NCBI RefSeq assembly: GCF_006345805.1
Contig: NC_042997.1
Span: forward strand, 10,168,001 to 10,232,000
DNA length: 64,000 nt
Reading direction: 5' to 3'
DNA from: Octopus sinensis
Taxonomy: Eukaryota
Both the position numbers and the translations under genes were made by a program. The number at the start of each line of letters is the position of its first letter. Position 1 is the first letter of the stretch. Positions 12,419-26,939 of the stretch are shown piece by piece. The notes under the pieces were generated by a model. It was not told the DNA's origin, made no database searches, and saw only the letters and a list, made by a program, of their open reading frames with translations.

Positions 12419-13644
12419 GTGTGTGTGTATATATATATATATGTGTGTGTATACATCTATGACAACAATGCCAATGCAGGTAACATTTAATCGCCACTAG
12501 AGCCACCAATGACGAGAACTACATCTAAAAGTATCCCCAAAACTAGATTCACAGTACCACAAAAAAATACTCTGCCACAATACTGACTGAATATTCTCTA
12601 AAAATAACAATAAATTTCAATAGTAACACCATCAATATCATCACCAGTCCTACGAGTACTACGACAATAACGTCAACTGACATACTACAGTAATAAAAAC
12701 CACTAAGAAAACAATAAATATATCATTCGTCACAGAAACACCACACATCAACGCCTCTACCACTTCTAACAACAGCAACAACAACAATAGTCAAAATGCC
12801 AATATTAACAATAACAACAACGAACAAAGGAAAAAGGAAAAATACAAAAAAAAAACAGAGAAATATAAATATCTATAGTACAATGCTAATAGCAGCAACA
12901 ACACTTACAACAGCAACAGCAAATATTCATACAACAATTGTGACAGCAACACCAACAAGAACATCAATAACGAACATCAATACTACAATACTAACAAAAA
13001 TAAGAACTGCAAAACAGACAGCAATAGTCAAACAACAATAGCACCAACATTAACCACACCACAAAAGTAAGACCAACAAATACAATAACAGATATTGCAG
13101 TGGTGTGGACAACAATAACAACAATAACAACAGCAACTACGGCAGCAGGAACAGTACAAAAATAAAAATAATAATAAAGGACATATAGAATGGAAAATAT
13201 ATTTTCCCTCTATTTTATTAACTAACATGTATAGGAATACTAGAAAGTATAACGATTGCAGCAGGAAAAGATGGCGAAGACGAAGTAAACAGTAAGAGAG
13301 CAAGGAGCAATATGTAGAGAAAATGAGAGAGAGAGGATGAGCTGGAGGGTGCGTATTTATAAGTGTAAGTGTGTGTGTGTGTACGTTAATGGTATAAAAT
13401 AATAAAAGAATTAAAAAAAAACAGAACTAAGAGAACTGAGAAAAGGAACTGAAAGACTTGGCGTGTCAAAAACAGTGCGATGTTGCTCAAATTATCGAAT
13501 CGTTTTATGAGCCTCGTGTGATATCATGCCTGGCTTTCAACTGTTCTTTTGTTCATGCTGCTGGAGAGATTAAGAAAGAAACATATACATACATACATAC
13601 ATACATACATACATACATACATGCATACATGCATACATACATAC

Positions 13645-13683
<39 letters not shown>

Positions 13684-14314
13684 TATATATATATATATAG
13701 ATATATATATATATGTATATATATATGTATAATATACATATATATAAACTCATATATCTAGATATGCACAAAGATACGTATATGCATATATACACATACA
13801 CAAATAAGTATATGTATATATAAATAAATTGTATATAATATATTATAATATATATGTATATATAAATAAATATGTATATATATATAATATATAATATATA
13901 TATATAATATATATATATATATATGTATATCTATACACACACACACACGTACATATATGTAGACACATACAAAACAAAACAACATTAACTATTTTAAGTG
14001 TGTACTTGCTTTTGTATGTCTCTATGACTATGTACAACAATATATATATGCATATATATATATATATTATATATTTATATATATATATATATATATTATA
14101 CCTGTGTGTACATACGAATGTACAAATATGTACGTGTATCTATATATATATGTAAATGTATATGTATATATATGTATATATAATATGTGTGTATACACAT
14201 ACGTATATTCATTCAGGTATGTATGCATCCTTACAAACATTCACACGCATATATATATATACGAATATTTATCTTATATATACATTTATGTTTATATAAT
14301 ATATATATATATAT

Positions 14315-14345
<31 letters not shown>

Positions 14346-15109
14346 ATATATTTATATATATATATACATATATATGCAGTATATCTATGTGCATTATATA
14401 CTTCTATATGTATGTAAAATACATACATGCATACATACATACATAAATACATAAATACATGCACACATACATACATACATACATACATACATACATACAT
14501 ACATACATACATACATACATACGTACATACGTACATACATACATACATACATACATACATACATACATACACACATACATACATACATGAAAGCAGAGAG
14601 CTAATATTCTTGGTTTATAGCTTATGTCTCCCAGTTGTCCTATAAATAGTTCACCGCTATGTTAACGCAAACTGGGTTGTTTGCGCTCCACCAACCTCTC
14701 CGCCGTCCTCACCCTCGTCGTCCTTCCTAACATAATCGTCGTTGTTGTCGTTTTTCGTAATTAACTTAATCTTCTTTCACTTTTTTTTCCTTCCTTCATC
14801 ATCATCTGTTTTTACTTTTTTCTTCTCATCATCAGCATCATCTTCTTCTTTCACTTCTTTTTATTTTGTCTCATCATTTATTTATTTATTTATTTGTTTA
14901 TTTATTTTATTCATTTTTACTTTTTTAGTTGTTTTTTTTTTATTTTCCACTTTTCTTTTATTATTTTTTTGTTTTTTTTGTTTTTTTTGGGGGGTTTTTG
15001 TTGTTTTTGCTTCTGCTGTGGTGTTTTATCTTTATTTTGGTCTACACATTTTTCTTTTTTTCCTTTTTACCTTTTCAATTGGTCATCTAAATCATTATCC
15101 TTCTCCTCA

Positions 15110-16095
15110 GTCTCATCATCATCATCATCATCATCATCATCAACATCACAATCATCATTATCATCGTCGTCATCGCCGTCTTCGTCGTCATCATCATCAT
15201 CATCATCATCATTCTCATCATTACCTTCATTCTCACTGTTATATTTCCAAACATCATCATGATCGTCATCGTCATCATTATCATCATCATCATCATCATC
15301 AACAACATCACAATCATCATTATCATCGTCGTCATCGCCGTCTTCGTCGTCATCATCATCATCTTCATCATTCTCATCATTACTTTCATTCTCACTGTTA
15401 TATTTCCAAACATCATCATGATCGTCATCGTCATCATTATCATCATCATCATCATCATCATCACAATCATCATTATCATCGTCGCCATCGCCGTCTTCGT
15501 CATCATCAACAACGACAACAAAAACAGTAGCAACAACAGCAATACCATTTTCACCAACACCATCACCATCATTAACACGATCGTCGTCTTTGTTATTGTC
15601 CTCTACCACTTTACCCCTCTGTTTATCCTCACCATCATCATCATCATCATCATCATCATAACCATCACCGTCGCTTCTGCCGCCACCACCACCACCACCA
15701 CCACCACCATCACTACTATGGTTAATCATTATCATCACCTGAATTTTCTTTTGTTTGTCTTTTATCTTCTTTTAGCACAAACGAGCAGCTTCAGTTTTTG
15801 TTTTGTTTTGTTTTTTTTTAGTTTTTAGGTTTTTTTAGTTTAACTATTCTTTTATCTTCATTTATCTTTTTCGTCGTCTACCTTATTTCTATTGCCATAC
15901 AGCTGCATTTTTATCACCAACTTACTCGTCGTCACATCCGACACTATCTGTTTCGAACCCAATCTTCATCCAAAATCACCATCACCATCGTCATCGTCAT
16001 CGTCATCATCGTCATCATCATCATCACCACCACCACCGCTGTCGTCGTCATCATCATCATCATCATTATCATCATCATCATCATCATCATCATCG

Positions 16096-16136
<41 letters not shown>

Positions 16137-16161
16137 TTCGTCATCATCATCATCATCATCG

Positions 16162-16193
<32 letters not shown>

Positions 16194-16247
16194 TTCGTCA
16201 TCATCATCATCATCATCACCACCACCGCTGTCGTCGTCGTCGTCATC

Positions 16248-16304
<57 letters not shown>

Positions 16305-16383
16305 GTCGTCATCATCATCATCATCATCATCGTCATCATCATCATCATCACCACCACCACTGTCGTCGTCGTCGTCGTCGTCG

Positions 16384-16439
<56 letters not shown>

Positions 16440-16760
16440 TTCGTCATCGTCATCATCATCAATCATTGATCATTTTCCTAATCCTCAGCACCATCAGTCA
16501 TCATTCTGCATTTCCCTTCACCCATTTTCTCCTCATTTTCTCGAATCAATATGAACACTTCGTCATCATCAAGAACATCATTATCATCATCATCATCATC
16601 ATCGTCGTCATCGTCGTCATTATCATCACTATCACCATCAGCAGCAGCATTGTCATCGTCGTCATCAACCTCGACGTTGCCGTCAACATCATCATCATCA
16701 TCGTCATCATCACCAGCACATGATTTTCGTCATCACCATCAGCATCATCAATTTTGTTTT
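15110..16760. repeat. Large (CAT/CGT/CAC)n trinucleotide low-complexity tract with higher-order ~160-bp duplication
   Basis: 15141-15300 repeated at ~15303-15460; CACCACCACCGCTGTCGTCG recurs three times in 16020-16380. Confidence 0.9.
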
Positions 16761-17198
16761 CTCGGTAACTCGTTTCGTAATCCCTTTTTAACCATCCTCC
16801 TTCTCTTCTACATGCCATCCTTGTCATCCTTCTTACCTCTTTACATTGTAAAAGAATCTAGACCGTTGTGGAATGTGTTAGGAACTAATCTTTCCACCGC
16901 GCCTCGTCGTTCACCCTCTTACACATGAACATATGCCACACACACACACACTTAAACACAGACGCACACACACAAACGCACACATGCACTCACATGTTCT
17001 GTCACTCACACACACTTGACCAATTGCACATACATTTATTGTTGATGCGTTGACAGTCCACAAAATTACAATCAATATTATCTTCTATTCCGCATTGAAC
17101 CCATTAGTCAGTTAATGGCCGCTGCTTCAGTATAATATAAAAGAAAATTTACCTTAACTCTACACCCTACGCTATATCTGTGTGTGTATCGATGGACG

Positions 17199-17243
<45 letters not shown>

Positions 17244-17301
17244 TTATGTATGAATATATAAATATGTATATATATATAATATATATGTATATATATTTAT
17301 C

Positions 17302-17359
<58 letters not shown>

Positions 17360-18173
17360 TATATAATGGATGTACGTACGCATATATGTATGTATGTATT
17401 TATATAGATAATTTATTCAGAGAGTTTATCTCTCCACGATTTATTTGATTCATACGTAGACCAGTATCTTGAGGAGAGAAATCCTTTCATTTACAAAGGA
17501 AGATGATGGTCTCCCGGTGAAACGAATTATATATTGTAGAGATAAACTATATGAATAAATCATGTAACCCTGTGTGTATCTTACAATGCGTACAGCGCTT
17601 CAATCGTTGTGGTCCTGATTGTTTTTTTAAATTAGAGCTTATAGCATATATGAGTGTGTGTGTATACGTGTGTGTATGCTTGTGTGTGTGTATGTCTGTG
17701 CATGTGTCAGGGTGAAACAGGAATGAGAGAGAAAAAGAGAGATAGACAGACAGACAGAGAGAGACATTTATAATTCATATTCGAAGCCGAGGTTTCATTG
17801 AATCCCTAATTAGATTCTCGTCAAAATGTCATATAGAGTACTTTTCTCTGATTTATCTTAATATCTTGTAATATAAAAGGTATGGGAGGTGGGGGGTTGA
17901 CCGAATAGTTAGCGTTTCAGATAAAATGCTTGAATGTATTTTTCCTCCGTCTCGTTACGTTCTGAGTTTCAAATTCGAACGATGTCTTTGTTGGCCTTCA
18001 TACTTTCAAGTTCCGCAAAAGAATGTGACTGCAGTGGATCTCAATGATATCGATAAACTCACTAATTCGCCCCTCAAACTAACTGACCCTGTGGCTAAAT
18101 GAGAAACAATTACCTTAACATAAATTATTTATACACACACACACACACGCATACATATATACAAATATATATA

Positions 18174-18588
18174 TTTCTTTACTGCCCACAAGGGGCTAAA
18201 CATAGAGGAGACAAACAAGGACAGACGAAGGGATTGAGTCGATTATATCGCCCCCAGGGCGAAACTGGTACTTTATTTATCGACCCCAAAAGGATGAAAG
18301 GCAACGTTGACCTCGGCGGAATTTGAACTCAGAACGTAACGACAGACGAAATACGTATTTCTTTACTACCCACAAAGGACTAAACACAGAGGGTACAAAC
18401 AAGGAAAGACAAACGGATTAAGTCGATTACATCGACCCCAGTGCGTAACTGGTACTTATTTAATCGACCCCGACAGGATGAAAAGCAAAGTCGACCTCGG
18501 CAGAATTTGAACTCAGAACGTAACGACAGACGAAATACCGCTAAGCATTTTGCCCGGCGCGCTAACGTATCTGCCAGCTCGCCGCCTT
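18174..18588 (-). mobile_element. SINE family A, tandem/composite copy with two Tx1-like tails
   Basis: Head AGGCGGCGAGCTGGCAGA, core GTCGACTTTGCCTTTCATCC...GGGGTCGAT; body repeated after the AAAGAAATA|CGTATTTCGTC junction. Confidence 0.85.
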
Positions 18589-18974
18589 AACTATTTTATA
18601 TATATACAAATATATATACGCCCTAGAGGGTAGACTTCTCTCAGTTCTTTCATCCTCTCCTAATTTATCTATTCAACTGAGGTAGACTTCTTGGTGCAAT
18701 AATGAGTATGGTCACTCCATAGCGTCAAGCTATGGAGTGACCATACTCGTGAGTAACAAACTAAATGACCAAAAGTAATTGCCTTTCACAGATCTAACCG
18801 GATTTCTCTTGTGAATAATATCATACTCCAGCCAGCCAGTTCTATGCACATTCTTGCCATATGAATAATAGAAAGTTGGACCTATGTATTGTTACCAGCA
18901 TTGATTTCCAGGCACTATGATTCTGCTATCACAATCCAGAAGGATTAGCCCATAATTCTCGGTGTGAGTAAAAA

Positions 18975-19292
18975 AAAAACTGGATCTCCATCGCGTACAA
19001 CAACGAGGGTTCTATTGATTCAATCAAGAGAACAACCTCCTCTTGAAATTAGCATGAAAATGGTTGAGCACCTTAAAGACACACATGTCCTTAACATAGT
19101 TCTCAGGGAGATTCAGTGTGACATAGAATGTGACAAGGCTGGCCCTTTGAAGTACAGGCATAACTCATTTTTGAGTGAACTGAAGCAACATGAAATAAAG
19201 TGCCTTGCTCAAGAACACAACGCATCACAAGGAATCGAACTCACGGCCTTACGATCGTGAGCCGAATAACCTAACCACTAAGCCACGCGCCT
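18975..19292 (-). mobile_element. tRNA-derived SINE (C-type head, different body)
   Basis: Reverse complement has GGCGCGTGGCTTAGTGG, GTTCGATTCC and TTCTTGAGCAAGGCAC. Confidence 0.75.
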
Positions 19293-19582
19293 TTACGTTA
19301 GTTCCAAAAAGAAATTGCTGAATACAGCTGAATTTCAAGAGAAGGGGAGATAATACTGCCGTTTCCTCTTAGTTAATTCAAAAATTTATAGCACATAATC
19401 TTCATCTCAAACTTTGAATGCACATCTAGCGGATGTGGCAGAGATTCACAGAAAGAGGGAATAAGTTTTCTGTTGGTTTCTTTTCGTTTGAACTTTATTT
19501 TCAATTAAGAATCGTACGATTTTCGCCCGATGAAACCGTCGGTATCGAACAACTACAAATTTCAACCGGCTAAATTGTGCGT

Positions 19583-19900
19583 GATGGAGGCGAAATGGCC
19601 CAGTGGTTATAGCAGCGGACTCGCAGTCGGAGGACCGCCGTTTCGATTCCCAGACCGGGTGTTGTGTGTGTTTATTGAGCGAAAACACCTAGGCTCCGGC
19701 AGGGGTTGATGGTGGCCCCTGTTGTACTCTTTCGCCACTCTTCTTTCTCTCTCACTCTTTCTTCCTATTTCTTGAGTAACGCTGCTATGGACTGGCGTCT
19801 CGTCCCGTCCAGCTGGGGGGAACACATACGCCATAGAAAGCGGGAAACCACCGGGCCCATGAGCCTGGTGAGGCTTGAAAAGGGCGCATAAATAAAAAAA
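19583..19900 (+). mobile_element. tRNA-derived SINE family D
   Basis: GGCCCAGTGGTT, TTTCGATTCCC; homologs at 27401-27682 and 48565-48857; A-rich end. Confidence 0.8.
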
Positions 19901-19929
19901 TTAATTGTGCGTGTTTTTGCGAGTGAGAT

Positions 19930-19962
<33 letters not shown>

Positions 19963-20423
19963 ATGTATGTATGTATGTATGTATTATGTATGCATGTATG
20001 TATGTATGTACGTTCGTGTGTGGGTGCGTGTGCGTGCGCGAGTGTGCCTGCTCGTTTTTATATTTCATGATACTAAACTGTAAAGTGCCCCATACAATCT
20101 TGTGTTAGGAGAACGTAAAACGGAATATCTGTTTGTTAATGTTTAAGGTTAACAGGATTACATCTTTTAACGTGGGATTCGTTTAATCATTTTTAAACGC
20201 ACCGACCGCAATTTACACCATTATTGATCATTTCATCTCTAACAAAATGACCGATTAAACAAAACATTAGTTCAAAAATGGTTTTCATAAATGTGAACAC
20301 ACACGCGCGTGCGTGTGCGCCAGCCCATACACATATGTTCACTGGCATACATTTATAAACACACACAGACACACGCACACGATCATATACATACATACAC
20401 ACATACAAGTATACACACATGCA

Positions 20424-20853
20424 TACTCTTTACTCTTTTACTCTTTTACTTGTTTCAGTCATCTTGACTGCGGCCATGCTGGAGCACCGCCTTTAATTGA
20501 GCAACTCGACCCCGGGACTTATTCTATGGTAAGCCAAGTACTTATTCTATCGGTCTCTTTTGCCGAACCGCTAAGTAACGGGGACATAAACACACCAGCA
20601 TCGGTTGTCAAGCAATGCTAGGGGGGACAAACACAGACACACAAACACACACACACATACACACACACATATGTATATATACACATATATACGACGGGCT
20701 TCTTACAGTTTCCGTCTACCAAATCCACTCACAAGGCTTTGGTCGGCCCGAGGCTATAGTAGAAGACACTTGCCCAAGGTGCCACGCAGTGGGACTGAAC
20801 CCGAACCATGTGGTGGTAAACAAGCTACTTACCACACCAGCCACTCCTGCGCC
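20424..20853 (-). mobile_element. SINE family B, near full length
   Basis: Reverse complement of the 10825 and 29485 copies; (AAAGAGT)n tail. Confidence 0.88.
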
Positions 20854-21277
20854 TTACATGGCAGTTTCTCCAACAGTTGTAAGCTTAATAGTTTTTCATC
20901 ATAAAAATAAGAAATAAAGATTAAAAAAAAATAGACATGATAGATGCAGGCAGTAGTGTGTACGGTATATAAACGCGATGGCTATTGCGAACATGTCTTT
21001 CATTTTCTTCCTATTTGTCTAAGCACATTCGCTTCTAAAGAACGTGAGAACTTGAATGATGTCAGATTACATTCTGCAGAGAGGGGAAAAACTCTTATGC
21101 CATGTTTACTTTAATGTTAGAGGTTGTGTTTTCCAGTTAATTAAATGTGTGTACACTAGGAATTACGAATTCACACATATATACATCTATATGTGTATGT
21201 GAATATATACATATGTATGAATACATAAAAAAATAACATATACCTATCTATGCATTATATACATATATGTATATATG

Positions 21278-21315
<38 letters not shown>

Positions 21316-21701
21316 TATGTGTGTAGTGTGGTGTGTGTGTGTGTGTGTGTACAGATTGAGCGACTGGAACGGTTTAAAATGCAGCCTACGTGCCGCTTCT
21401 TAACTAGCTGATCCTCTGATGTAGTAGTATTTAATTAAGGAGATATGCTCAGATTAGCTAATTTGCCAGGCCGAGAGCACCTAATTACACGAAGGCTACA
21501 TTGTCGTTTTGGTTGCCCAAGTTAACTCACATCATTGTAGATGTGAGTCGAAATCATTAGCTAAGTTGAGCAACTCTCGTTAAGTATTTATTAGTTATTA
21601 ATTATTAATAGTATTATTAGCTAGCTATTAGCTGGATTTATCTGTTCTAATTAGTTAAATTTTGATTTTTATTCGCTTGCTAGTAACATTAGTTGCTAAC
21701 C

Positions 21702-21801
21702 NNNNNNNNNNNNNNNNNNNNNNNNNNNNNNNNNNNNNNNNNNNNNNNNNNNNNNNNNNNNNNNNNNNNNNNNNNNNNNNNNNNNNNNNNNNNNNNNNNN
21801 N
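21702..21801. other. Assembly gap (100 N)
   Basis: Run of 100 N; continuity across it is not guaranteed. Confidence 0.99.
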
Positions 21802-21839
21802 TATTTTACTCTAATACAAAAACTGATAATAAATAATTC

Positions 21840-22700
21840 GTCACACAAGGTTAGAGGAATCGAGTGTGTCGTTTACAGACACTTACCATACTAAATTACG
21901 TTTATTTTATTGACCCTCTCCACTTCTAGAAGTAACAAAGGCAAACTCGATTTCGAAGGGATTCGAATTCTGAAAATATACGGTTTTAACTAAATACCAC
22001 AATTCATTTCAACGAAACTTTATGCATCCTGTGAATCCTCCTGCTTCAAGGAATAATAACAGTTTCTTATTTAGGCACAAGGCCAGTCATTTTTAGAGGA
22101 TTGTGTTAATTGATACCAACGATCCTAGTACTTATCTAATGCTTAATTTTATTGATCTCGGAGGAATGGAAGATAAATTTGACCTCTGCGGGATTCGAAG
22201 TCAGCGTGTAAAGAGTGCCTAATGTTCTTACAATTCTGCTTGCTCACCGCTTTATATACAAAGTACTGGCACACTTTTGTTGCTGAATTTAATATTAATA
22301 ATTGTTCCAAAGTTTGGCATTAGGCTAGCAATTTTAGTGGGAGCGGGTAAGTTGATTACATCGATGCTGATACTCGCCTATATATTATTAACTTTGAATG
22401 GATGTAAGGCAAAATTGATTTAATACTATTTGAAATCAGAGCCAAAAGAAATTCCACTAATCATTTTCTCCGATGCGATAACGATTCTGAAGGCTAGCTA
22501 CTTTACTAATACTAATTTATTCTGCTATAGGCACAAGGGTTGGAATTTTGTTTTGGGGAAAGGTCTAGTCGATTACATTGACCCCAGTGCTCAAGTGGTA
22601 CTTATTTCATTGAACCCGAAAAGGTTAAGAGCAAAGTTAATTTCGAAGTCATTTGAATTCAGAATGTAAACCCGGAAGAAATGACGCTAAGCATCTTGTC
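21840..22700 (-). mobile_element. Cluster of about 4 old SINE family A copies in the same orientation
   Basis: Repeated degenerate AGGCACAAGG...TCGATTACATTGACCCCAG...GGCAAA...ATTTGAATTCAGAA blocks. Confidence 0.6.
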
Positions 22701-22704
22701 AGAC

Positions 22705-22958
22705 CAGGCTCAAGAAATATGTCGGAGAAATTGGAATTGACATGAGAGTAGAGCAGGCCCAAAAAACTGCTCTATTGGGGACAGCTAGGATTTTGAAATT
22801 GGCGCTTTGGAGTTGAGTGTATTTCACAATAAGTTAACATCCTGGTACCAAAGCTTATAATTTGCGGGAAGAGGCCCTCTGAGAACTCTGACAACAGGTT
22901 ACTGTTCGATCTCAGAGAATCAACCAGAACAAGTTAGACCGTGAGTTCTGAGAAGTAA
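22705..22958 (+). mobile_element. Dong/R4-like (RLE) LINE 3' end abutting (TAA)n
   Basis: KKYVGEIGIDMRVEQAQKTALLGTARILKLALWS* matches the R4/Dong C-terminal QKxxLLGTARIL motif. Confidence 0.75.
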
Positions 22959-23054
22959 AATAATAATAATAATATAATAATAATAATAATAATATGATAA
23001 TAAAATAATAATAATAATAATATAATGATAATAATAATAATAATAATAATAATG

Positions 23055-23096
<42 letters not shown>

Positions 23097-23212
23097 TAAT
23101 AATATATAATAATAATAATAATAATAATGCTGTAGTGCCATTATTGGCTCTTGAGGTCTCTGGGTGAGACTTGGAGCCAACTTGTACAGACATAAAGCAA
23201 AAGTCAAACATA

Positions 23213-23247
<35 letters not shown>

Positions 23248-23320
23248 TAATAATAATAATAATATAATAATATAATAATAATAATAATAATAAAAATAAA
23301 AACGATAATAATAATAATAA
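22959..23320. repeat. (TAA)n microsatellite with an 85-bp insert
   Basis: Direct sequence. Confidence 0.95.
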
Positions 23321-23570
23321 TGCTGTAGAGCCACTATTGAAATACACGAAGAAGGCCGGCGTCATCCAAACTGAACATTGTGTAACGGAAGAAAAATTTA
23401 AACAAGTTTTGAACAAAAAATGAAAAAAAAAGAAAAACATGGAAAAAAAGAAAATGTTCGGTTAGTTTGCAAGAGATTTGAACGCCAAGACAGATACAGA
23501 GGGCAGATGGTTATGGATGAGGAGGAATGACCTGAAGATAAAGACAGAAGCACTCATGTGTGCAGCTTAA
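23321..23570 (+). mobile_element. Dong/R4-like LINE internal fragment
   Basis: KKMFG*FARDLNAKTDTEGRWLWMRRNDLKIKTEALMCAA resembles the R4/Dong region preceding the zinc knuckle. Confidence 0.7.
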
Positions 23571-24239
23571 CGAGACCATCCTCTTCAGTGTGGTACAATC
23601 TCCATCACACTTGATAAAGATATAAGAAAGTGAGAGAGAAAAAGGGCGAACAAATACAATTTAGATATAATCGATTTGCAGGTGACTAAATTGGCAATCC
23701 CACCGAGCCTGCTTGGAGTAGTGGATGATATTGTAGCTTATTTGTTTTGCTCTTTGCTTTTTATTTTTACATATTTGAACACCGTACAAAAACAGACAAT
23801 TGCAAGCGGGGGATGGACCCAAAAGAGTCAACGGCCATCCAAACTGAATCTACATATATTTGTACACGGAAATGTATTTTCAAGCCAATATCCTGTCACA
23901 ACAGACCGACGGGAACCTAATATCTGTTCTACAGGACCATGATCGAAAATGCATGTGATCAGTGAAGGACGAAGTACGGAGATGTCAACGAGCGCTGTAT
24001 GACATGTCTCAATATGTATAGATAGATCTAAGTCTTGCCAACCATCTGCCTAGAGGTGATGTCTCAATAAAACTACGGATCATAGGCAAAGTCAAATCTG
24101 CCGCGAGGAGTGAAGAATCACTTTAGCCATTGCTTAGAAAAACCCATATATTTGGTGTCTCAAAAAAAAAAAATCACCTACAGTATTATAACCCTAAAGT
24201 CGCTATCTACATGTGACTGTATGAGACCCAAGGTAACAT

Positions 24240-24378
24240 TGGTACTTATTTTATCGACCCCGAAATGATGAAAGGCAAAGTTGACCACGGCGGAATTTGA
24301 ACTGAGAACGTTAAACCAGACGAAATGCCGCTCAGCATTTTGCCCGGCGCACTAATGATTCTGCCAGCTCGCCGCCTT
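24240..24378 (-). mobile_element. SINE family A, 5' part
   Basis: Homology to 18440-18588. Confidence 0.8.
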
Positions 24379-25909
24379 ATAGGCCAAAGGTAATATGAAA
24401 ACAACTATGTAACTGAAACTGCGCTTCTGGTCACAGTTTTTCAGCTTTTATTTTTTTTGAGGCCCAGCAGCAATGAGCTGCTTATCATCCTCTTACACTG
24501 TGGGGGAAAAAACTGGAAAAAGATATCAATGGAATATTATTGAAGAAATTAAGCAAGGAAGCGAGGATTCTGGAAAAAGAATGTTGAATATTTAAGATGA
24601 CGTAAGAGTGTTTAAACTCATTGAACAATGTCTTGCAGACTACCTATTGTGTATCGAGGAAGAGGAAATACTTTCTGACTTAGAAATTGAAGGAATAGAG
24701 TGAAAGATCCACCATAAATTACAAGTACCAACATACTTAAGCCGGGTTTAAAGACAGACCTGAAGGGAGTAAAATAATGTAACTAACCAAAGTTAGTATC
24801 GGATCTGAGGACGTCTCTGTACCGACGAGCTGGAATTTTGGTTAACACGCCGGACATAGTGCTTAACAATATTTTGTTTGTCTTCATGCTCTGGATGCCA
24901 AGTCCGCTATGGTCGATTTTACCTTTGGTCCTTTCGAAATCGATAAAATAACTAACAGTTAAGCACTGGTGTCGATTTAATGGAATAGTTCCTTCCCCAA
25001 AATTTCAGGCCTTGAGCCTACAGTAGAAAGTATTATTATTATTATTGTTGATGTGGTTGGTGTTGTTGTGGTTGTAATTATTATTTTTAATCATCATCAC
25101 CACCACCATCATCATCATCTTCATTATTAATAATGATTCTCACCGTTCGTGTAGAGTATATGTAGATCTGCCTCACTAGAGAGAACTCCAGATGAATTAT
25201 AGATTGTTCTATCAGTCATCATATATTTTTCCTTAATGAGCATGATTGTCAAACCTTATTAAAATTCTTTATATTTCCAGTATAAAGATAGCATGATTTC
25301 TTGCTAAAATCTATTAATTATAAACAATTGCAGCGTGGAATTCAATCAAGCGTCGGTATAATTTCCCACTTTCGTTATGCAAACATGCATGCAAAGAAGG
25401 GAAATAATTTTGCAATGCAATTTTATTGAATTATCTACCCCTGTTTAACTCAAATAGTCGTTGTCGTAGTAATCTTACTCACAAAATTTGATAACGAGCA
25501 GACTATCAGATCTTCATTAGTCATGAATGATTTTTCTTTGAGTTTTATTTAAGTTCTTGAGGAAGTTCAAGTCGATCACTAGCAAAGCGACAAGAAATTT
25601 TTAGATACGAGAGTTGCTAGTTTTTGTAAATATCTGGTTAAGTTGGTGTGGCGGGTGAATTGTCAATGTATACACTGAAGTGTGTACTTCTATATGTATG
25701 CACATATCTATGCATGTATGTATGTATGTATGTATGTATGTATGTATGTATGTATGTATGTGGGTGTGTTTGTGTGTGAGTGCGAGCGTGCGTGTGTGTG
25801 TGTGAGAGAGAGAGAGAGCGCGCGTGTGTCACTGTGCGCGAGAGTATGGTGTGTAATATATATTATATATATATATGCATAAATGTGTATAAGCATATAT
25901 ATGTATATA

Positions 25910-25948
<39 letters not shown>

Positions 25949-26025
25949 TATTATATATATATATATATATATATTATGCATAAATTGTATAAGCATATAT
26001 GCAAATATATGTATGTATGTATGTA

Positions 26026-26062
<37 letters not shown>

Positions 26063-26089
26063 GTATGTATGCATGCATGTATGTATGTA

Positions 26090-26124
<35 letters not shown>

Positions 26125-26128
<4 letters not shown>

Positions 26129-26334
26129 CAAGGTAAACACATAAATGTGAAAGATGGCGGGACAAAACAGTACTCGAATACTGGAAGTAGAGTAATGTGC
26201 TTTATTATTGTGAAAGCTGCAGAAATATCACAAATTTTAAATCTAAACTATCCGACGAACCGGAACGTGAGACATTAACTAACAGTTTTTCGTGATATTT
26301 TTGTGATGCTTTTGGAGCTTTTATAATAATAAAG
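26125..26334. mobile_element. Inverted-end HHR-bearing element (degenerate HHR at 26245-26288, +)
   Basis: AAACTAT-CCGACGA-ACC-GGAA-CGT-GAGAC-ATTAA-CTA-ACAGTTT; 26200-26235 is an imperfect inverted copy of 26292-26333; flanked by (TA)n and (GATA)n. Confidence 0.5.
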
Positions 26335-26422
<88 letters not shown>

Positions 26423-26454
26423 CGTAGATATAGATATATACATAGATTTAGATA

Positions 26455-26842
26455 AGGCTGGTTTATGGGATTACGTCCTAAAGAGGTTAGCTTTATAGCG
26501 TATCGTCAGATCCCAAACCTGTTGGCCTTTGGCCTCTCTAGAAAACGGTGAAGGAAAACACTTTGTTACAGTCAACGATAGGGGATAATCTCCCTTTGGC
26601 TGTCAATCGTATGATTTCCAGTAGGCAAGCATGGTCCGAAGTGCAAGCATGGTCCGAAGACTTCCGCTCTGGAGTTAAGGATGCTCCACGGGTTGAGGGT
26701 GTTCTTTACTAACAGGGAGCCACACGATGACAGGGTCATTTGCGACTGCTAGCCAAAGGGAGACAATCCCCTGTCGTTGACAGAGAAACGAAGTCTTTTC
26801 CTCCTTTATTTTGTAGAGAGGTCATAGGCCAACAGGTTTGGT
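26455..26842. mobile_element. Long fold-back member of the 12046 HHR family
   Basis: Arms 26513-26610 / 26743-26841; - strand HHR at 26460-26520 has lost GAAAC by deletion. Confidence 0.65.
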
Positions 26843-26939
26843 AACATCGTCCGTTTTCCGTCCCTGTGTTGTATACATTCGAGGCTTTCTTCCAAGGAAT
26901 CTAATGCGCTTGGCTTAGATTTCCCTTGGGGGTTGCCCA

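Noticed and set aside
14742-16928. Long His-, Asp-, Ser-, Met- and Ile-rich ORFs
   Set aside because: Open in several frames on both strands because (CAT)n lacks stops; no splice or domain evidence
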